Below are positions 1 to 14,330 of a stretch of DNA of 64,000 bases, piece after piece (positions within the stretch are counted from its first letter, which is position 1; each line of letters begins with the position of its first letter). Both the position numbers and the translations under genes were made by a program. The stretch spans positions 255,316,001-255,380,000 of the forward strand of contig OZ024742.1 in the NCBI GenBank assembly GCA_964016885.1. Reading direction: 5' to 3'. Source of the stretch: Eledone cirrhosa. Taxonomy: Eukaryota. Below the pieces are notes generated by a model that was not told the origin of the DNA, made no database searches, and saw only the letters and a list, made by a program, of their open reading frames with translations.

Positions 1-882
1 GATTCGGACGACAGCTTATCATCCTGCTTCAAACGGAATGGTGGAACGATTCCACCGCCAATTAAAGGCCGCTCTTCGCACCTATCCAGACTCTCAACGT
101 TAGAGCGAGTACCTTCCTATTGTGTTGTTAGGAATTCTGTCATCAATAAAGGCGGACCTTGGGTTCTCCCCGGCCGAATTACTGTATGGTGCTCCTCTAG
201 CGTTGCCTGGGCAAATGCTTGCCTCTGTTGATCTTGCTTTCCAGGACCCTGTTTCCTAGGTATCTCGTTTGCGCTCCTATTTTCAGGACTTACCGCCCAT
301 GAATACTAGGAAACAAACTATTAAAGCTGCAGTCCCGAGGGATATTGCTTCGTGGACACATGTATTCGTCAGAAACGATGCGGTTACTCCACCCCTCACA
401 CAACCATACTCTGGACCCTACCGTGTGTTAGCACGTACTGACAAACATTTCACTGTAGACATTAAGGGGTCAAGAGAGACAATTTCGGTGGATAGACTAA
501 AAAGACCATACAATGACGCTCATACACCCGAGCCACAAATACCCCAATCTTTCTCTCTTGTGCATACACCTTCTCCTTCTGCCCCACCTTCACCTACATA
601 CAAGACCATGACCCGTTCCGGTCGAAGAGTCCACTGGCCCAAAAAACTCTGCCAAACTGTTTTCATGGGAACTGGCCACTGGAGCCGTTTTTGTTTTTCT
701 CTTTATTGTATTACCATGTACCTTCCGTTACCATTTCATGCCTGATTTATACATGTACCTTTTCGTTACCATTTCATGCCTGTACCTTTGCGTTAATATT
801 TCATGCCTGTGCTGGGAGTCCATGCTAATGGGTTCGCTACAGTTACCTTCGGGTTTTTCGCCTAGCGTCTGGAGGAGGGTAC
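1..882 (+). mobile_element. Ty3/Gypsy LTR retrotransposon, 3' end of pol (integrase core to GPY/F region), inactivated
   Basis: Frame 2 reads IRTTAYHPASNGMVERFHRQLKAAL...*...SPAELLYG...LPG, then QPYSGPYRV...VDRLK. In-frame TAG stops at 101-103 and ~257. Polypurine tract GGAGGAGGG at 871-879. Confidence 0.9.
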
Positions 883-1464
883 TGTAGCGTCGTTCTCTTA
901 CGGCTGTAACTCAGCACGTATAGGAGTTGCGTCCCTTTGCGACGGTCGCGACTCCCAGTAACATCCATGTACTAAATGGAGTTGTGTCCCCCTGGGGACT
1001 ATATATTTGAGGACAATCAAGGCATCACTTTCACTTCCTTCGCCGCAACAAGAAGAACACCTCACATCTTGTCAAGAGATGACTCCTGTCTCACTTCCTT
1101 CGCCGCAACAAGAAGAACACCTCACATCTTGTCAAGAGATGACTCCTGTCTCACTTCCTTCGCCGCAACAAGAAGAACACTTCAGACCTTGTCAAGAGAT
1201 GACGCCTGTCTTCTCTCTCATTTCCTGCGCCGGCAGCCTAAAGAAACACTTGAACCTTACCAAGAGAAGATTCCTGTTCTCTACACACTCCGGTCTGGGA
1301 GTTGTGACCAACTGACCATCAACATGTGGTAAAAATTATTTCAATTGATTTATTTGACTTCTGTGAAGTAAAACCATGCCACAATACTCACCTGCATTTA
1401 TTGTCATTCTTAATAATGTATATACACTGATACTAATATCCTAAATAAAATATCTCCGGCCACA
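883..1464 (+). mobile_element. 3' LTR of the Gypsy element
   Basis: Starts TGTAG right after the polypurine tract. TATA-like element ~1000, AATAAA ~1444, ends ...GGCCACA (TG...CA). The right boundary is inferred because the 5' LTR lies outside the window. Confidence 0.7.
1030..1212 (+). repeat. 60-bp tandem repeat (about 3 copies) inside the LTR
   Basis: TCACTTCCTTCGCCGCAACAAGAAGAACAC...GTCAAGAGATGAC recurs at 1031, 1091 and 1151. Confidence 0.95.
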
Positions 1465-1567
1465 TAGATGATTGCATAATAATTAGTCGGATTTTTGATT
1501 AAACAGAACTTATCCCCAAAAATAAACAGTGTGTTTTCCGATCTATGTCTGTTTCTTTTCTTCAAAT

Positions 1568-1685
1568 AATTGTTTCTACTTTTGGCACAAGGCCAGCAAT
1601 TAACTAGTGTATTACTGGTACTTTATTTTATCGACCCCATAAGGATGAAAGGCAAAGTTAACCTCAGCGGGATTTGAACTCAGAT
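1568..1685 (-). mobile_element. tRNA-derived SINE (family A), 5'-truncated
   Basis: Reverse complement of the 3' part of the SINE at 30507-30695. Confidence 0.8.
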
Positions 1686-2162
1686 AAATATATAAAAATA
1701 TTTATGCAGTTCTCACAACTAGTGTCAGATTATTTGTAGAGATAAGTGGTGAAATAATTTGTAGAATTTTCGTACCTGTAAAGTACTGAGCTCGTAATAT
1801 TCACATTTCCATCACCCAAATATCTGGCTTTGTGCTACGTTAGAAGGAACAATTATTCTTCCCTGATTTGGTGCAAAAATAATATGATACAATTTTGAAT
1901 AAATGTTCATTTCTAAGCAAAATGACAAACATTTTGAAATGTTCCTTTGGAAAATTCTCAAATATAGAAGACAGAAGCATTATTAGAGAGAGAGAGAGTA
2001 TTATAGAAGACAGGTATATTATTAGAGAAAACAGTAGACAGAAACATAGAAGCATGACATATGTGGCCCACAGGTTACACCCTTCTTTATCTGTGTAAAT
2101 TAACAGTAAGGCACTTCTTTTGTTGTATTTACTACGAAACCCTGTAAATAGTTTGTCTAAAT

Positions 2163-2367
2163 CAGGCATGTCGACCTGGAGGTCCCCCGAGGTCCACATG
2201 GGTCACATATGTATTGTCTGAAGGCCACACACGACAACTAATTGTGCACATTACAACTAATTTTATGAAGATAAAACATGCTCGTGCTGTAAAAACCTTT
2301 GTGCGGGCCGCAGGTGTGCTTGTAAAGGGCTACATGTAGCCCTCGGGCTGCATGTTTGACATGCCTG
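2163..2367. mobile_element. hAT (Charlie-like) MITE
   Basis: TIRs CAGGCATGTC...GACATGCCTG, with imperfect 8-bp flanks GTCTAAAT/ATCTAGAT resembling the nTCTAGAn target site. Confidence 0.75.
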
Positions 2368-3261
2368 ATCTAGATGATAACAAGGATAGCAACAATGGCA
2401 ATAACTCAAATTTAGTTAATGATGCTCACAAAAAATAAAATGCTAGATATGAGATTACCTATACGAAAGAAAATATTTTGGACAGGTGTATCATATAAGA
2501 TAGTGCATCTTTGCCTAAGAATGGACATAGGTGCACGGCATTGGATTGAGCCTATGACATTGTAAGTATGAAGGAGACTCCTTTAACTTTCTGTCATTTG
2601 TGGAACTTACCCAAAAATGAAATCCACATGGAAAACAAATAGTTAAATCAGTGCAGACATAATTAATGCAGAGAGAACAAAACAATATGATTTAATAAAA
2701 TTACCTCCCTGCATTTGTTATGCCTATGCATGTTATCCAAAGTGCAACAATGGAAATTCTTTATATAATTATTCTCAGTGTGTATAATGATAAAGTTAAT
2801 ACAAAAGACTTCCTTCAATCAAATAACTGTTTATATCTTCTTTTATATTATATATTACATGGTTCAGATTATTTTTCAACCACATATAAAAGAGATGGCT
2901 CTTTTATGCTTCCTACAATTTAAACTTAACTATGTAATATAAATATCTTTCTTCTTCTATGAACGTTCAGTATTGGTATGTTTATCTTCATTGTTTACCA
3001 TTCCTGATTGTTAGTGGCTGTTAATGTTGTTTTGGTCATTCTTCTTCTTCGTCTTCTTCTTTATGATTGTTATTTTTAACTTTATTTTATTTTATTTTAT
3101 TTTTTAAAGTACATCAATAAGGTTAGACTACTTTTGTAAATAATATTCACTAGACATTACCGTAAAATATAAGATTTAAAAAAATTTAATCTCTTTTATT
3201 GATTCCACTTCAAAGATAGAAAAAACACCGAAATATTATGAAAATAAATGAAGAATATTTT

Positions 3262-3275
3262 TAATAATAATAATG

Positions 3276-3360
<85 letters not shown>
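3262..3360. repeat. (AAT)n microsatellite
   Basis: Seen directly. Confidence 0.98.
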
Positions 3361-3361
<1 letters not shown>

Positions 3362-3556
3362 TTAATGTTTTGAAACCAAAAATTATCACCACATATAGAA
3401 AATAAAGAAAAAATTAATGTCACTAAAATTATACTTCGGAAGAAAGTTCATTGAAGAATATCAGAAATAAAATTATATGTGTATATATACAACCATACAT
3501 ATATACATGTATGGTTGTATATATACATCATCATCATTTAACATCTGTTTGCCCTT

Positions 3557-3669
<113 letters not shown>

Positions 3670-4445
3670 ATATGTCAGAATTAATAACAGAACACACTCA
3701 CTGTTTGGTTGGTTTTCGCTTCTATGTCTTTTATATCTGTTAATTTCATTTATTCGGTCCTCAATGTTACCATTGACATTGACTGACCAACGGTCAAAAA
3801 TACAGATACAATATAGACACAAACACATATATATAGTCTAACAAAGTTCTTTCGTTGCACATCTGCAACATCGTCAGTGGTGCTATTATGTTTCCTCCTG
3901 TTGTATTGTATGCCTACGCCATCTTTATTTAGTCTGTTTATTTTTTTTGTCTTCTCTGTGCATGCGTTTGCGTGTGTGTATAGTGTTTTGTTTGATGTGT
4001 GTTGGTGTTTGGGTGACTGTGTATTGGTTATTGTATTCTATCTTAGTTTACTAGTGTGTTTATATGTGTTTGTTGTTATTGTGCTTGTGTATGTATTTAT
4101 TTATTTATTTATACTTCTCTTAGGTCAGTGTTGTTATTCCATTCATTTTTTCTGTTTAGCCTTGGCCTTCTAAGTTCTATTTCGCTGGCCTCTCTGATTT
4201 GCCTATCTGCTGGGTCATTTCTATGTTTAGATATTATTCTAATTTCTATGTTGTCTATGTTACCGTCGTGTTGATGTATGGCATGTTCGTATAGTACTGA
4301 ATCGTTTTTTCGTCCTTTTAGTTCCCCCAGTGTTTGTCTATCCTTTCACCTATGCTACGAGCTGTCTCTCCTATGTATGTTGTTATGTTTCTGGAAGTAC
4401 CCTCTGTACATCTTATGCTATAGACTATGTTTCTAGTTTTACAGT
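3670..4445 (-). mobile_element. Penelope-like retroelement remnant (GIY-YIG endonuclease plus 3' region)
   Basis: The minus strand of ~4445-4325 translates NCKTRNIVYSIRC...TYIGETARSIGERIDKH, the VY...YIGET.R GIY-YIG signature. A hammerhead-like core lies downstream, and the end segment recurs at ~7765-7890. Confidence 0.8.
3840..3882 (-). ncRNA. Minimal hammerhead ribozyme-like motif (degenerate)
   Basis: Minus strand CCA-CTGACGA-T-GTTGCA(GATG)TGCAAC-GAAA-GAACTT. The core and stem II are intact; stems I and III are weak. Confidence 0.55.
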
Positions 4446-4509
4446 TTATTTGTCATCATCATTTTACACACATATATGTGTGTAAAATGATGATGACATA
4501 TACTGATAT

Positions 4510-5430
4510 ATATGCAGTTATTTTTATCAAATAGTACAGGATGGTCTCATACCTAATAACTGGTGCAGTAGTATCATTATAAACAAGAGCAATGGAGACG
4601 CATTTGACAGAAATAACTACAGAGGTATCAAGTTGATGGACCAAGTCATAAAAGTTACTGAAAGAGCTATAGTACAACTAAATAGGGACAGAATCAAGTT
4701 AGATGAGACTCAGTTCAAATTTATGCCAGGTAGGGGTACTACCAATGCCCTCTTTCTGTTGAGACACCTACAGGAAAGGTATTTAGCTAAGTGAAACCCA
4801 CAGTATCTAGCATTGGAAGATCTGGTGAAGGCCTTCATCAGGGTCCCACGCTCTATAATATGGTTGACACTTAGGAAACTTGGTTTAGATGAATAGTTTG
4901 TTGGGGTCGAATAGTTTGTTGGGGGCATGCAGGCCATGTATAGAGGAGCAATCAGCAGAGTGATATTTGGCAATGTGTACAGTGATGAATTTGAAGTGCA
5001 AGTGGGGATCCACCAGGGCTCAGTCTTCAGTCAACTCATGTTTATCAATGTCCTTCAGGCCACCACTGAGGCGTTTAGAATTAGTAGTGAGGTAGGAGGC
5101 AGTGAAAGTGTGATAATTAGGATAAGAACGGGCTGGAAGAAGTTTAGAGAGCTGTTACTGCTACTGACAACAAAGGGATTTCCTCTAAGAGTGAAGGGTA
5201 GATTGTATGATGCCTATGTGTGAACTGCAATGTTACATGGCAGTGAAACATCAGCCTTGACTGCAGAAGACCTGTAGAGGCTAGAAATAAACTAATTGAA
5301 TATGTTCCGACGGATGTGTAATGTTAGTGAGCATGAGTAACATAGTATAAGCAAACTGAGGAAAATTTTGGCTGAAGAGGAATTGGATGTAGTGTGCAAA
5401 AGAGAAGACTGAATTAGTATGGATATGTTT
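4510..5430 (+). mobile_element. RTE-clade LINE fragment, degenerate and internally deleted
   Basis: Homologous to the RT regions at 8248-8958 and 38402-38875 (NYRGIKLMDQV, VGIHQGSV, GWKKFREL), with many stops. Confidence 0.85.
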
Positions 5431-7974
5431 TCATTCCTTAGTTGCAGCCTTCCCTAAAACCCTTAGATACCCTCACTATTGCACCCTCGTAGCTACTCTT
5501 TTCACTCTAATGCACTCCATGCATGCCTCCTCTACCATCACTCTTGAGCTATTCTTTCTGTCACTACATGTCCCCTTCCTGACACTGGTGAGTGCCACCC
5601 TCAACCTCAGCACTAATGACTAAACCATCCCCCCCCACACACACACACCTCCATCACTTCGCTGTTCTCACCCCTGCATCCCCTTCCTCACTCATCACCC
5701 TATCAATTCAAACCACACATACCATAAATTCATACATACCACCCTCTTATCCACCTCCAGAGCAGAGAGGGCTCTTCCATTGGGACAAGGACAACCCCGA
5801 TACAACTTGTATAGTGGTAGGCAATATGAAGGGCACCCCACTGTAGAAACCAGGCCTAAAAAATGGGTTGAGTGGACCCTTCAGTTATGTTATGGCATGA
5901 CATCCTCTCTAGTGCTGGTGATCTACAGGATAAATGCACCCAGAACATGCTGAAAAGTAATTGGTGATAAGAAGGGCATCCAACAGTAGAAAGCTTTCCA
6001 AACAAAAGTTTTGGAGGACACTTCAATCATGTCAAGGATAGGATAGCCTTCCTGTGTTGGTAATCTACTCAATAAATGCATCCAGTACACACTCTAAAGT
6101 GGTTGAAGATAAGAAGGACATCCAGCTCTAGGAAGCTTACTATACAAAGAGCTGAAAGTCTCTTCAGTTGTACCAAAGATATGACAACCTCCCCTGTGCA
6201 CATGATAGAATGTAAGACCATACATAAGTGAGATGCAGACCCCACAACCTGTCTGAGCAGTCAGTAGTTCCACTTCAGTATTGACTTAGTTTATATAGAC
6301 TCATCCAATCCTTACTAGCAGGGAAAGGGGGTGGTAAGCAATGATGATGATGATGATGATATTGATAATGCAGGTGAAACTCCAGAGCAATAAATCTCAA
6401 ATTTCACCTTCATAAAGAATATATCATCATCACCACAATTTTACATCTATTTCCCACACATACATGGTTTAAACAGGTTGTCATGCAGCGGCTCAACAGG
6501 CTATCCCTTGCTTATACACTTTGTTTTAATATGGTTTCTACTGATGGATGCTTGTCCTAATGCTAACCATATCACAGTATGTACCAGGTTTGTTTTCTCA
6601 TGGTATTACCACTACCAGTTGATAGGATGGAATGGTTCATTATATCATGGCACCAGCACTGCTACTTTACAGACTAGTCTGGCTGTATTTTATCATTGCA
6701 CCAGCGTTACCACTTTACAGAGTGGGCTGAGTTCATTTTATCATTGCACCAACATTTTACAGAATGAGGTGAATGCATTTTATCATTATACCAGCACTAA
6801 CATTTTCAAGTGTAGACTGAGTGCTGAGCTCATTTTATTGTGGTGCCAGTACTAACACATTTCAACACTAGTATTTACATCCTTAGCCATGCTGGGAATA
6901 GTGAAGGAGAAGATTGGATGGGTTGAGTGGCCTTAGGGCAAGTGTGCAAAATCTGGCTCTATTGTGGTAGGAGGAGGTGGGTGTGAATTTCCAAGCTGTA
7001 TTGGTTTGGAAAGTAGGGGATGAGGGAATTTGGAGATAAATTTGGCATTGTGTTGTGATGGAGAGATGGTAAGGGGAGTAAGTGTTGTGCTGTAGGATGA
7101 TAGGGAGAGAGAATACACTGAAGATGCATCCACTTTTATGTAGGAGTCAGGGATTTGAATAGTAGGGGGAACTAAGAGGGAGGTGAAGGATTGTTGTAGG
7201 GGGGACTAAGTGGTTGTAGAGGAGACTAAGTGGGTGAAGGGAAAGACTAGGAAAGGGAAATAGCTAGTGAGAAGGATGAGTGATGGGAGGGACAGCTTAA
7301 ATGTTTTTACATCTCTTTACATTTTACCATGCTTATGTAGAGGTGAAAATCTTCTGTAGTATGGCAAATCACCAGCCATCTTGTTTCTGTATCATAGTGT
7401 GGCATATAACCAGCCATTTTGATCCTGTCTTGTAGTATGCTATGTCAACAGTTGTCTTGATCCTGTGTCATAGTTATATGGCATATCACAAGTTTGTATC
7501 AATCCTGTGCCATTGTATGGCATATCACTATCTGTTTTGATCCTGCATCATAGTATGGCTTATTGCAAGGTTCATCTTTTTGGGTAAGCCTTTTCCACTT
7601 TATCACATGTTTTTCTAGGTCATCCTTTTTGACAGGTTCCCTTAACTTTAACAGCTCTACACTTCTTTATGTAGCTCTCATCTTTCATATGTATCACATG
7701 GCTATATATATATATATTGTTATATTTGGGGAGGGTCATATTGTTATAATATTGCCACAAATAATAACAGAACACACCCACTGTTTGGTTTGGATTCGTT
7801 TTCGCTTCTGTATCTTTTATATCTCCATAGTTAATTTATCTGGCAATCAATGTTTATCATTGATTGACCAACGGTTTAAAATACAGATATAAATATATGT
7901 ATATGTGTGTGTGTGTGCATATATATATAGAGCGAGAGATGTGTATATATATATGTGTGTATGTGTATATATAT

Positions 7975-9975
7975 TGGGAAAATGGTGGGAGTAGAGACCA
8001 ATACACAGCCACTTAAAGAGAAGCTAGACATCAGGTGTACTTAGAACGCAGGGAGGCTGAGAGTAGGAGATTTGCCAATGTTCTGCGATGAGAAGATCAG
8101 AGACGTGCGGTGTTCCGCATTGCAAGGTAGTGAGTCACTGTAAATCAGGATCTTGTTGGAGATAAGTGTGTCTGAAATGATGCTGATGTACTTAGTGCCA
8201 CTGATGATCAGAAAAAGGAGGCCTGGAAATATCATTATGAGAGACTGATGAATGTAGAGAACAAATGGGAGAGAGAGAAACTACCCCCAGTAGACCCGAC
8301 AGAGGGACCAGCTATTGAGATCGACGACTATAGAGTCAAAGAGGCAATTAAAGAAATGAAAAGTGGTAAGGCTACTGGACCGTCAGGGATAGTTGCTGAG
8401 ATGCTGAAGACATCAGAAGTAGGAACTAAACTGGTTGCACACATTGTCTATCAAGCTATATATGTCAGAGTCATACACAAAGACTGGTGCAGCAGTATTC
8501 TTATAAATTGCTACAAAGGTAAAGGGGATACTCTGGAGAGGAGCAATTATAGGGGCATAAAACTGATGGATCACGTTATGAACGTGGCAGAAAGAATACT
8601 AGTGCAACTAATTAGAGAAAGGGTCAAATTAGATGAGATGCAGTTTGGTTTTGTACCTGGGAAAAGTACAACAGATGCCCTCTTTTTAGTGAGACAACAA
8701 CAAGAGAGGTTCTTACAGAACAATAAGCCACTATACTTAGCTTTTCTTGACCTAGAGAAGGCCTTTGATAAAGTACCCCGATCTGTCATCTGGTGGTCCC
8801 TAAGGAAACTAGGTGTAGAAAAATGGCTTGTGATGACAGTGCAAGCTGTGTGCAGGGGTGCTGTCAGTAAAGTGACAGTAGGAATGGAGTTTAGTGAGGA
8901 ATTTCAGATACAAGTAGGAGTACATCAGGGTTTGGTCATTATAGTCCCCAAGCCATAACAGAGGAGTTTAAGACTGGCTGCTCATGGGAACTTCTCAATG
9001 CTGACGATCTGGTATTTATAGCAGAATCAGTAGAGGAGCTATGGAAACAGCAGTTGGAATCAAGAGGACTGAGAGTGAACCTAGCTAAGACTAACGTGTT
9101 GATAAGTAGAAAAGAGGACACAACTCTGATTCCATTAGGGAAATGGCCATGTTCAATATGTAGAAAAGGAGTTTGCATAAATTCTATAAAATGCACACAA
9201 TGCAGATCTTGGGTACACAAGAGATGTAGTGGGATAGCAGGCAAACTAACAGGTAGGGGAAACTACATATGCAGTAGATGTACAGGGAAATTTGACAGTA
9301 GAATTCGCAGTGATAGACACATTTTTCAAATGCAGGTAGGATCTATAGAGGTGGTTGATAGCTTCCGATACCTAGGTGATCAAATTAGCAAGGGAGGAGG
9401 GTGCTCCGAGGCCATAGTATCTAGAATAAGGATGGGTTGGAAGAAGTTTAGGGAGTTGCTTCCTCTGTTGACAAAGAAGGGTTTCTCCCTGTGAATGAAA
9501 GGCCAATTATATGATACCTGTGAGAGATGTGCGATGCTACATGGTAGAGAGACATGGGCAGCAACCACGGAGGATATGCGATGGCTGGACAGAAATGAAG
9601 CAAGCATGCTCTGTTGGATGTGCAATGTCAATGTGCATGACCAACCATGCATAGATGAGTTGAGAGAGAAACTGTGTATAAGAGGGATAGGCTGTAGTGT
9701 GAGAGAGAGAAGACTGTGTTGGTATGGACATGTGATGCGCATGGAGGATGACCGCTGGGTAAAGAAGTGCCAAGAAATCCTAGTAGAAGAAAGACGCAGC
9801 AGAGGAAGACCATGAAAAACATGGGTCGAGGTAGTAAGAGCTGATCTCAGATTGCTGAAGCTCACGGAGGAGATGACGAAGGAGCATGATGAATGGAGAG
9901 ATGCTGTGCTGAATAGGACCCGTCCACCCTTGCAGGCAGGGAAAAGCGGGTGTAAAATGATGATGATGATGATGA
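7975..9975 (+). mobile_element. RTE-clade LINE, 5'-truncated and frameshifted, with (GAT)n tail
   Basis: ORFs 8248-8958 (QFGFVPG, AFLDLEKAFDKV, GVHQG), 9054-9494 (PHD-like CxxC...CxxC..WVH..C insert, FRYLG) and 9495-9815 (LCWYGHVMRM, RGRP). Tail of GAT repeats. Confidence 0.93.
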
Positions 9976-10786
9976 TATATATATATATATATATAACTTA
10001 CATGTAAAATAAAGACAGGGGTTTAAACCCATAAAATACAAAAGAATAAATAATAAAGTAAAACTTAAATCAGAAACAGTCCTCATCATTTAACATGTGT
10101 TATACCTGTTAGCAAGGGTTGGACATATCTTCACTGACTAAGTAAACACTCAAGTGAAGCCAATGACCTTTCAGATTGGCTGGGAGCCTACATCTTGCTA
10201 ACACAAGTTCCTGCACTTTACCAAGTGTTTAGACAGACAGGTGGTCCGTATTTTGCTTATATATGTTCTGTACTCTACTAAATGCTTTTTATCATGGCAC
10301 AGGCACTAGGGAGGTTTTCTTGTCTTTGAAAAAGCAGAGGAGTCCTTTCAGCCCTTTGTTTTCTCTGGTTGGATGCCCATCTGATTACTAATCATTAATA
10401 GCTAAAATACATGGTACAAAATACAATTACCTAGTTAAACAAAATTATAATTAAAACAACAATAAAAAAAACTTTCCTGCCAGAGACGTTTCAATGTTGA
10501 TTTTATACCACACCATATCAGAAACATGATACATTATATATAATCAATCCTTGAACAACATTGCCCTAAAGGCTAAATACAACAAATCTAAATGAGACAA
10601 AAAGAGACCACATAAAAAGCAATTACCCAATTAAATATGTATATAATCAGCCTGGTGATAAAAATAATTGTCAGGATAAATTTCCCTTGCTAGCAGGGAA
10701 AGCAGACATTAAAACGACAATGATGATTATGATGATGATAATATATATATATATATATAATCATCATCATAATCATCATTGTCGTT

Positions 10787-10827
<41 letters not shown>

Positions 10828-10859
10828 ATCATCATCATCATCATCATTTTTACGTCCAA

Positions 10860-11235
10860 ACTGCATCTCATCTAGTTTGAATCTTTCTCTAATTAGTTGT
10901 GCTATAACTCTTTCTGTTACTTTCATAACTTGGTCCATTAGTTTAATTCCTCAATAGTTGCTCATTTCTAGAGCATCACCTTTACTCTTGTGATTTATGA
11001 TTGTATAGTTGCTCCAGTCAGTGTGTATGACTCCATTCTGTATTACCTGATTGACTATGCTTTTTTTTTTTTTAGCATCAATGCTGCTAAATGCGCCAGT
11101 GTCATTTCTAACACACTTTTTCCCAACAATCTTCTAATTTACACTGACATACTTACTGTCTTGCAATGCAGAACCCTTCATGTCTCTGACCTTCATGTCT
11201 CAGGACATTGGCAAACTTTCTTTGTTCAGTATCCA
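10860..11235 (-). mobile_element. RTE LINE fragment
   Basis: Reverse complement matches the 8070-8640 region with internal deletions. Confidence 0.7.
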
Positions 11236-11879
11236 GGTTTAGAAACCAAGTCTGAAAAGGAAGGTATGAGTGTGATATGGCTTCCTGACCAGTATAATTT
11301 CAGAACATTACAGCCTGGCTAACCCATGCAAGCATGGAAAACAGATATCAAACAATGATAATGATGGTGATAATGATGATGATGATGATGATAATGATGA
11401 TGATGCTGAAATATGCCATTGAAATATGACAGTCAGATACTGTTTTTGTTATAGAATGTAATATGTATATCATTTTAGAATGTAATATGTATGTCAATTG
11501 AATGTTTTAATGTTCTATGAAACAAGTAGTATTGGTAGTAATAAGGATTACAACTATGAGTTCATGTCTAACTTTCTGGAACTTGGGGTATAAACTAATG
11601 CTATCTGTAGAACTTCAGATGTCTATCACAGATATTACTTTAGGATCATAGTCTTTACTTTTTTACTTTTTCATGGGTTTCAGTCATTAGATTGTGGTCA
11701 TACTAGAGCACAACCTTGAATTTTGCCAATCAGAATTAACACCTATATTTTTCGTCTCCAGTGATTATTTTATTGATCACTTTTTTTTTGATTTGCAAAT
11801 TTATGGAACATAAACATAGACACAGACACAAACAAACACAAACACAGACACTTGCATACATACATGTATACACCCCACC

Positions 11880-12095
11880 CTGTAAGGTGGTTGTGTAGGA
11901 GACACGGTAAAAAGGCTCCCAGTCCACACTGTAAATGTGTTGGTGTTAGGAAGGGCATCCAGCTGTAAAAAAACCTGCCAGAGACACTTCCGTACGAGCG
12001 AGACATGGTCTTCTGACCATTCCCGCATCAAATGGAACAAAACCATCTAACCCATGCTAGCGTGGAAGATGGACGTTAAACGACGATGATGATGG
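11880..12095 (+). mobile_element. Dispersed short element matching the 3' UTR/tail of the RTE LINE at 37480-40070 (other copies ~18105-18270 -, 18585-18815 -, 29800-29990 -, 60030-60200 +, 63485-63650 -)
   Basis: Shared motifs CACTGTAAATG..TTGGTGTTAGGAAGGGCATCCAGCTGTA and AACCCATGCTAGCGTGGAAG..GGACGT.AAAC(GAT)n. Confidence 0.8.
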
Positions 12096-12296
12096 TCATG
12101 ATGATATATACCATTCTATGTTGACGTTGTCTTCGATTTCCTCTAACAAAATCTGATCATTACTATATTCTCTATCTCTCTCTCTCTCTGTATATACATA
12201 TATATTAAATGGAATGAAGTGGACGTTAATTTTCAGATATTCAGAAAAAGGACAAGTGCATGCAGTCATGAAAACTACTGATTCACCATGATGGAG

Positions 12297-12353
<57 letters not shown>

Positions 12354-12869
12354 AGCAATATCAATGGCTCTCACAGCTATCAAGCTATTTTTGTTTGATG
12401 CTCTAAGGACATTCAATGGTTAAATTGGAATACATAATATGTGAAAGCTAAAGAAATGTTACTTACTGTGACATCAAGTCACCATGTGTAAGGTTAATGA
12501 AAGATGGACACAGCAGTGTTGTATTTCCACTCTTTTTCAATACTAAGTATTTGACCCGTTTTAAGAGATTGTATGTATTTTATGTACGTGCCCTATTGGC
12601 AAATAAAGAAACCCATTATTATTATTATCATAATCAAATAAAAAGAGTCGATATCAATAAACACAATTAAGGTAGCAATAAATTTATTGGAAATTTATAG
12701 TAACGACTATTGTTTTTGTTGATTTTACCACTTTTTACTTATGTAAAACACACTTCTGCTGAAGGTTATTCATACTGTCCTCAACATTTTGGGTCTTTGT
12801 GGCCAATAATAACAAACATTATCATTATTATTACTATTTCTGTTTTTCCTCTTCTTTCAGTTTTGTTTC

Positions 12870-13640
12870 GATTTCTTTCTGAGTGTCTTCCCGACACCTA
12901 GGGCAGAGAAACTCACAGCATACATTAATAAATCAAAAGCTTACACACTAGATTGCTCAAATCATACACTTTACACAGTTACAAGTATATCATTTGCTTT
13001 ATACATATACACCTTATCTATTTAATATCACATTTACAATTGAATGATAATCAATCATATAAGAGTGATCAATTATATACAACTTACATGATTATGGAAT
13101 ATAATTAAATAAAGTTTTGTAAACAAAATTTCATAGGGGATCATCATTCCCACAGAGATAGTGCTCTTCTCAATATGTGCGCAGTACAATTTAAAACAAT
13201 TTTTTACACTTCTTATTGTGGTGGTAAGCTAGAGATTGTTCTCGAATAATTTTCTGTCCCTTTTTATCATTCCTAGTGCTCCTACAGTCACTGGTATTGT
13301 AACTACCTTGAGATGACACATTTTAATTTTTTTATTTCAATAAACAAATCTTTATATTTTCTGAGCTTGTTAAATTCTTTTGCTGCAATATTATGATCAC
13401 ATGGGATGCTCATATCAATCAATAAACAGACTTTGTTATTTTGGTAATTTACAATAATATCTCATCTATTAGCTTTGTGATTCTGTATGTATGTACAGGA
13501 AAGTCCCAAAGAATTGTAATATTTTCTCCCACAGTTACAGCCTCAGGGTCATGCTTATTCCACTTTTTACATCTTTGTTTCCATTATAATTATTTTTACA
13601 AGCAAAAACACATATTGTAACATTCTGTGCTGTCTTTAAT
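12870..13640 (-). mobile_element. Restriction-like-endonuclease non-LTR retrotransposon remnant (R4/Dong/NeSL-like 3' end)
   Basis: The minus strand encodes, with frameshifts, TILWDFPVHT...LLIDMSIPCDHNIAAKEFNKLRKYKDL...TIPVTVGALG, typical of the RLE domain C-terminus. Confidence 0.7.
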
Positions 13641-13708
13641 GTTTTATTTTTTTTTTCATGTGAGACTTATGTAGCTAATAAATAAACCATTATTATCATT
13701 ATTATTAA

Positions 13709-14330
13709 GGTGGTGGATTGACGGCATTGGTGGAGGGTCGGACGCCATGCTTTGCAACTTATAGTTACGGCGCTTTACGATCTGAGTTCAAATCCCGCCG
13801 CAGTTAACTTTGCCTTTCTTCCTTACAGGGTTGATAAAATAAAGCACCAGTAATGCACTGGGATAATTGCTGGCCTTGTACCACAGTATTGGTAGAGCGT
13901 CAGACACCATGCTTTGCAACACAGTTACATCCCTTTACGGACTGAGTTCAAATCCCTCCGAGGTTAACTTTGCCTTTCATCCTTATGAGGTCGATAAAAT
14001 AAAGTACCAGTAATGCACTGGGTAATTGCTGGCCTTGTGCCATAAGTAGAAACACTTATTACTATTAATACTACTAATTCAGTCCTTGTGGCCAATAAAG
14101 AAATCACTATTAATACTACTAATTCAACAAGGGTGATGGACTGGAAGCACTGGCAGAGCATCAGACAAATGCTTTACAGTGTTTAGTTATAACTTTCTGT
14201 ATTCTGAGTTCAAATCCAGCCAACTTAATTTTGCCATTCATATTTCCGTATATAGTACCAGTTAAGTACTGGGGTTGATATAATCCACTTTACCTTTCTC
14301 CCAAATTGCTGGCCTTGTGCCAATATTAAA
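13709..14330 (+). mobile_element. Cluster of three family-A tRNA-derived SINEs (head-to-tail dimer plus an older copy)
   Basis: B-box GAGTTCAAATCC at ~13784, ~13944 and ~14207, each followed by the core TTTGCCTTTCATCCTT..GGGGTCGATAAAAT (degenerate in the third copy). Confidence 0.85.

Noticed and set aside
976-1332. ORFs with 20-aa repeats
   Set aside because: By-product of the 60-bp repeat inside the LTR.
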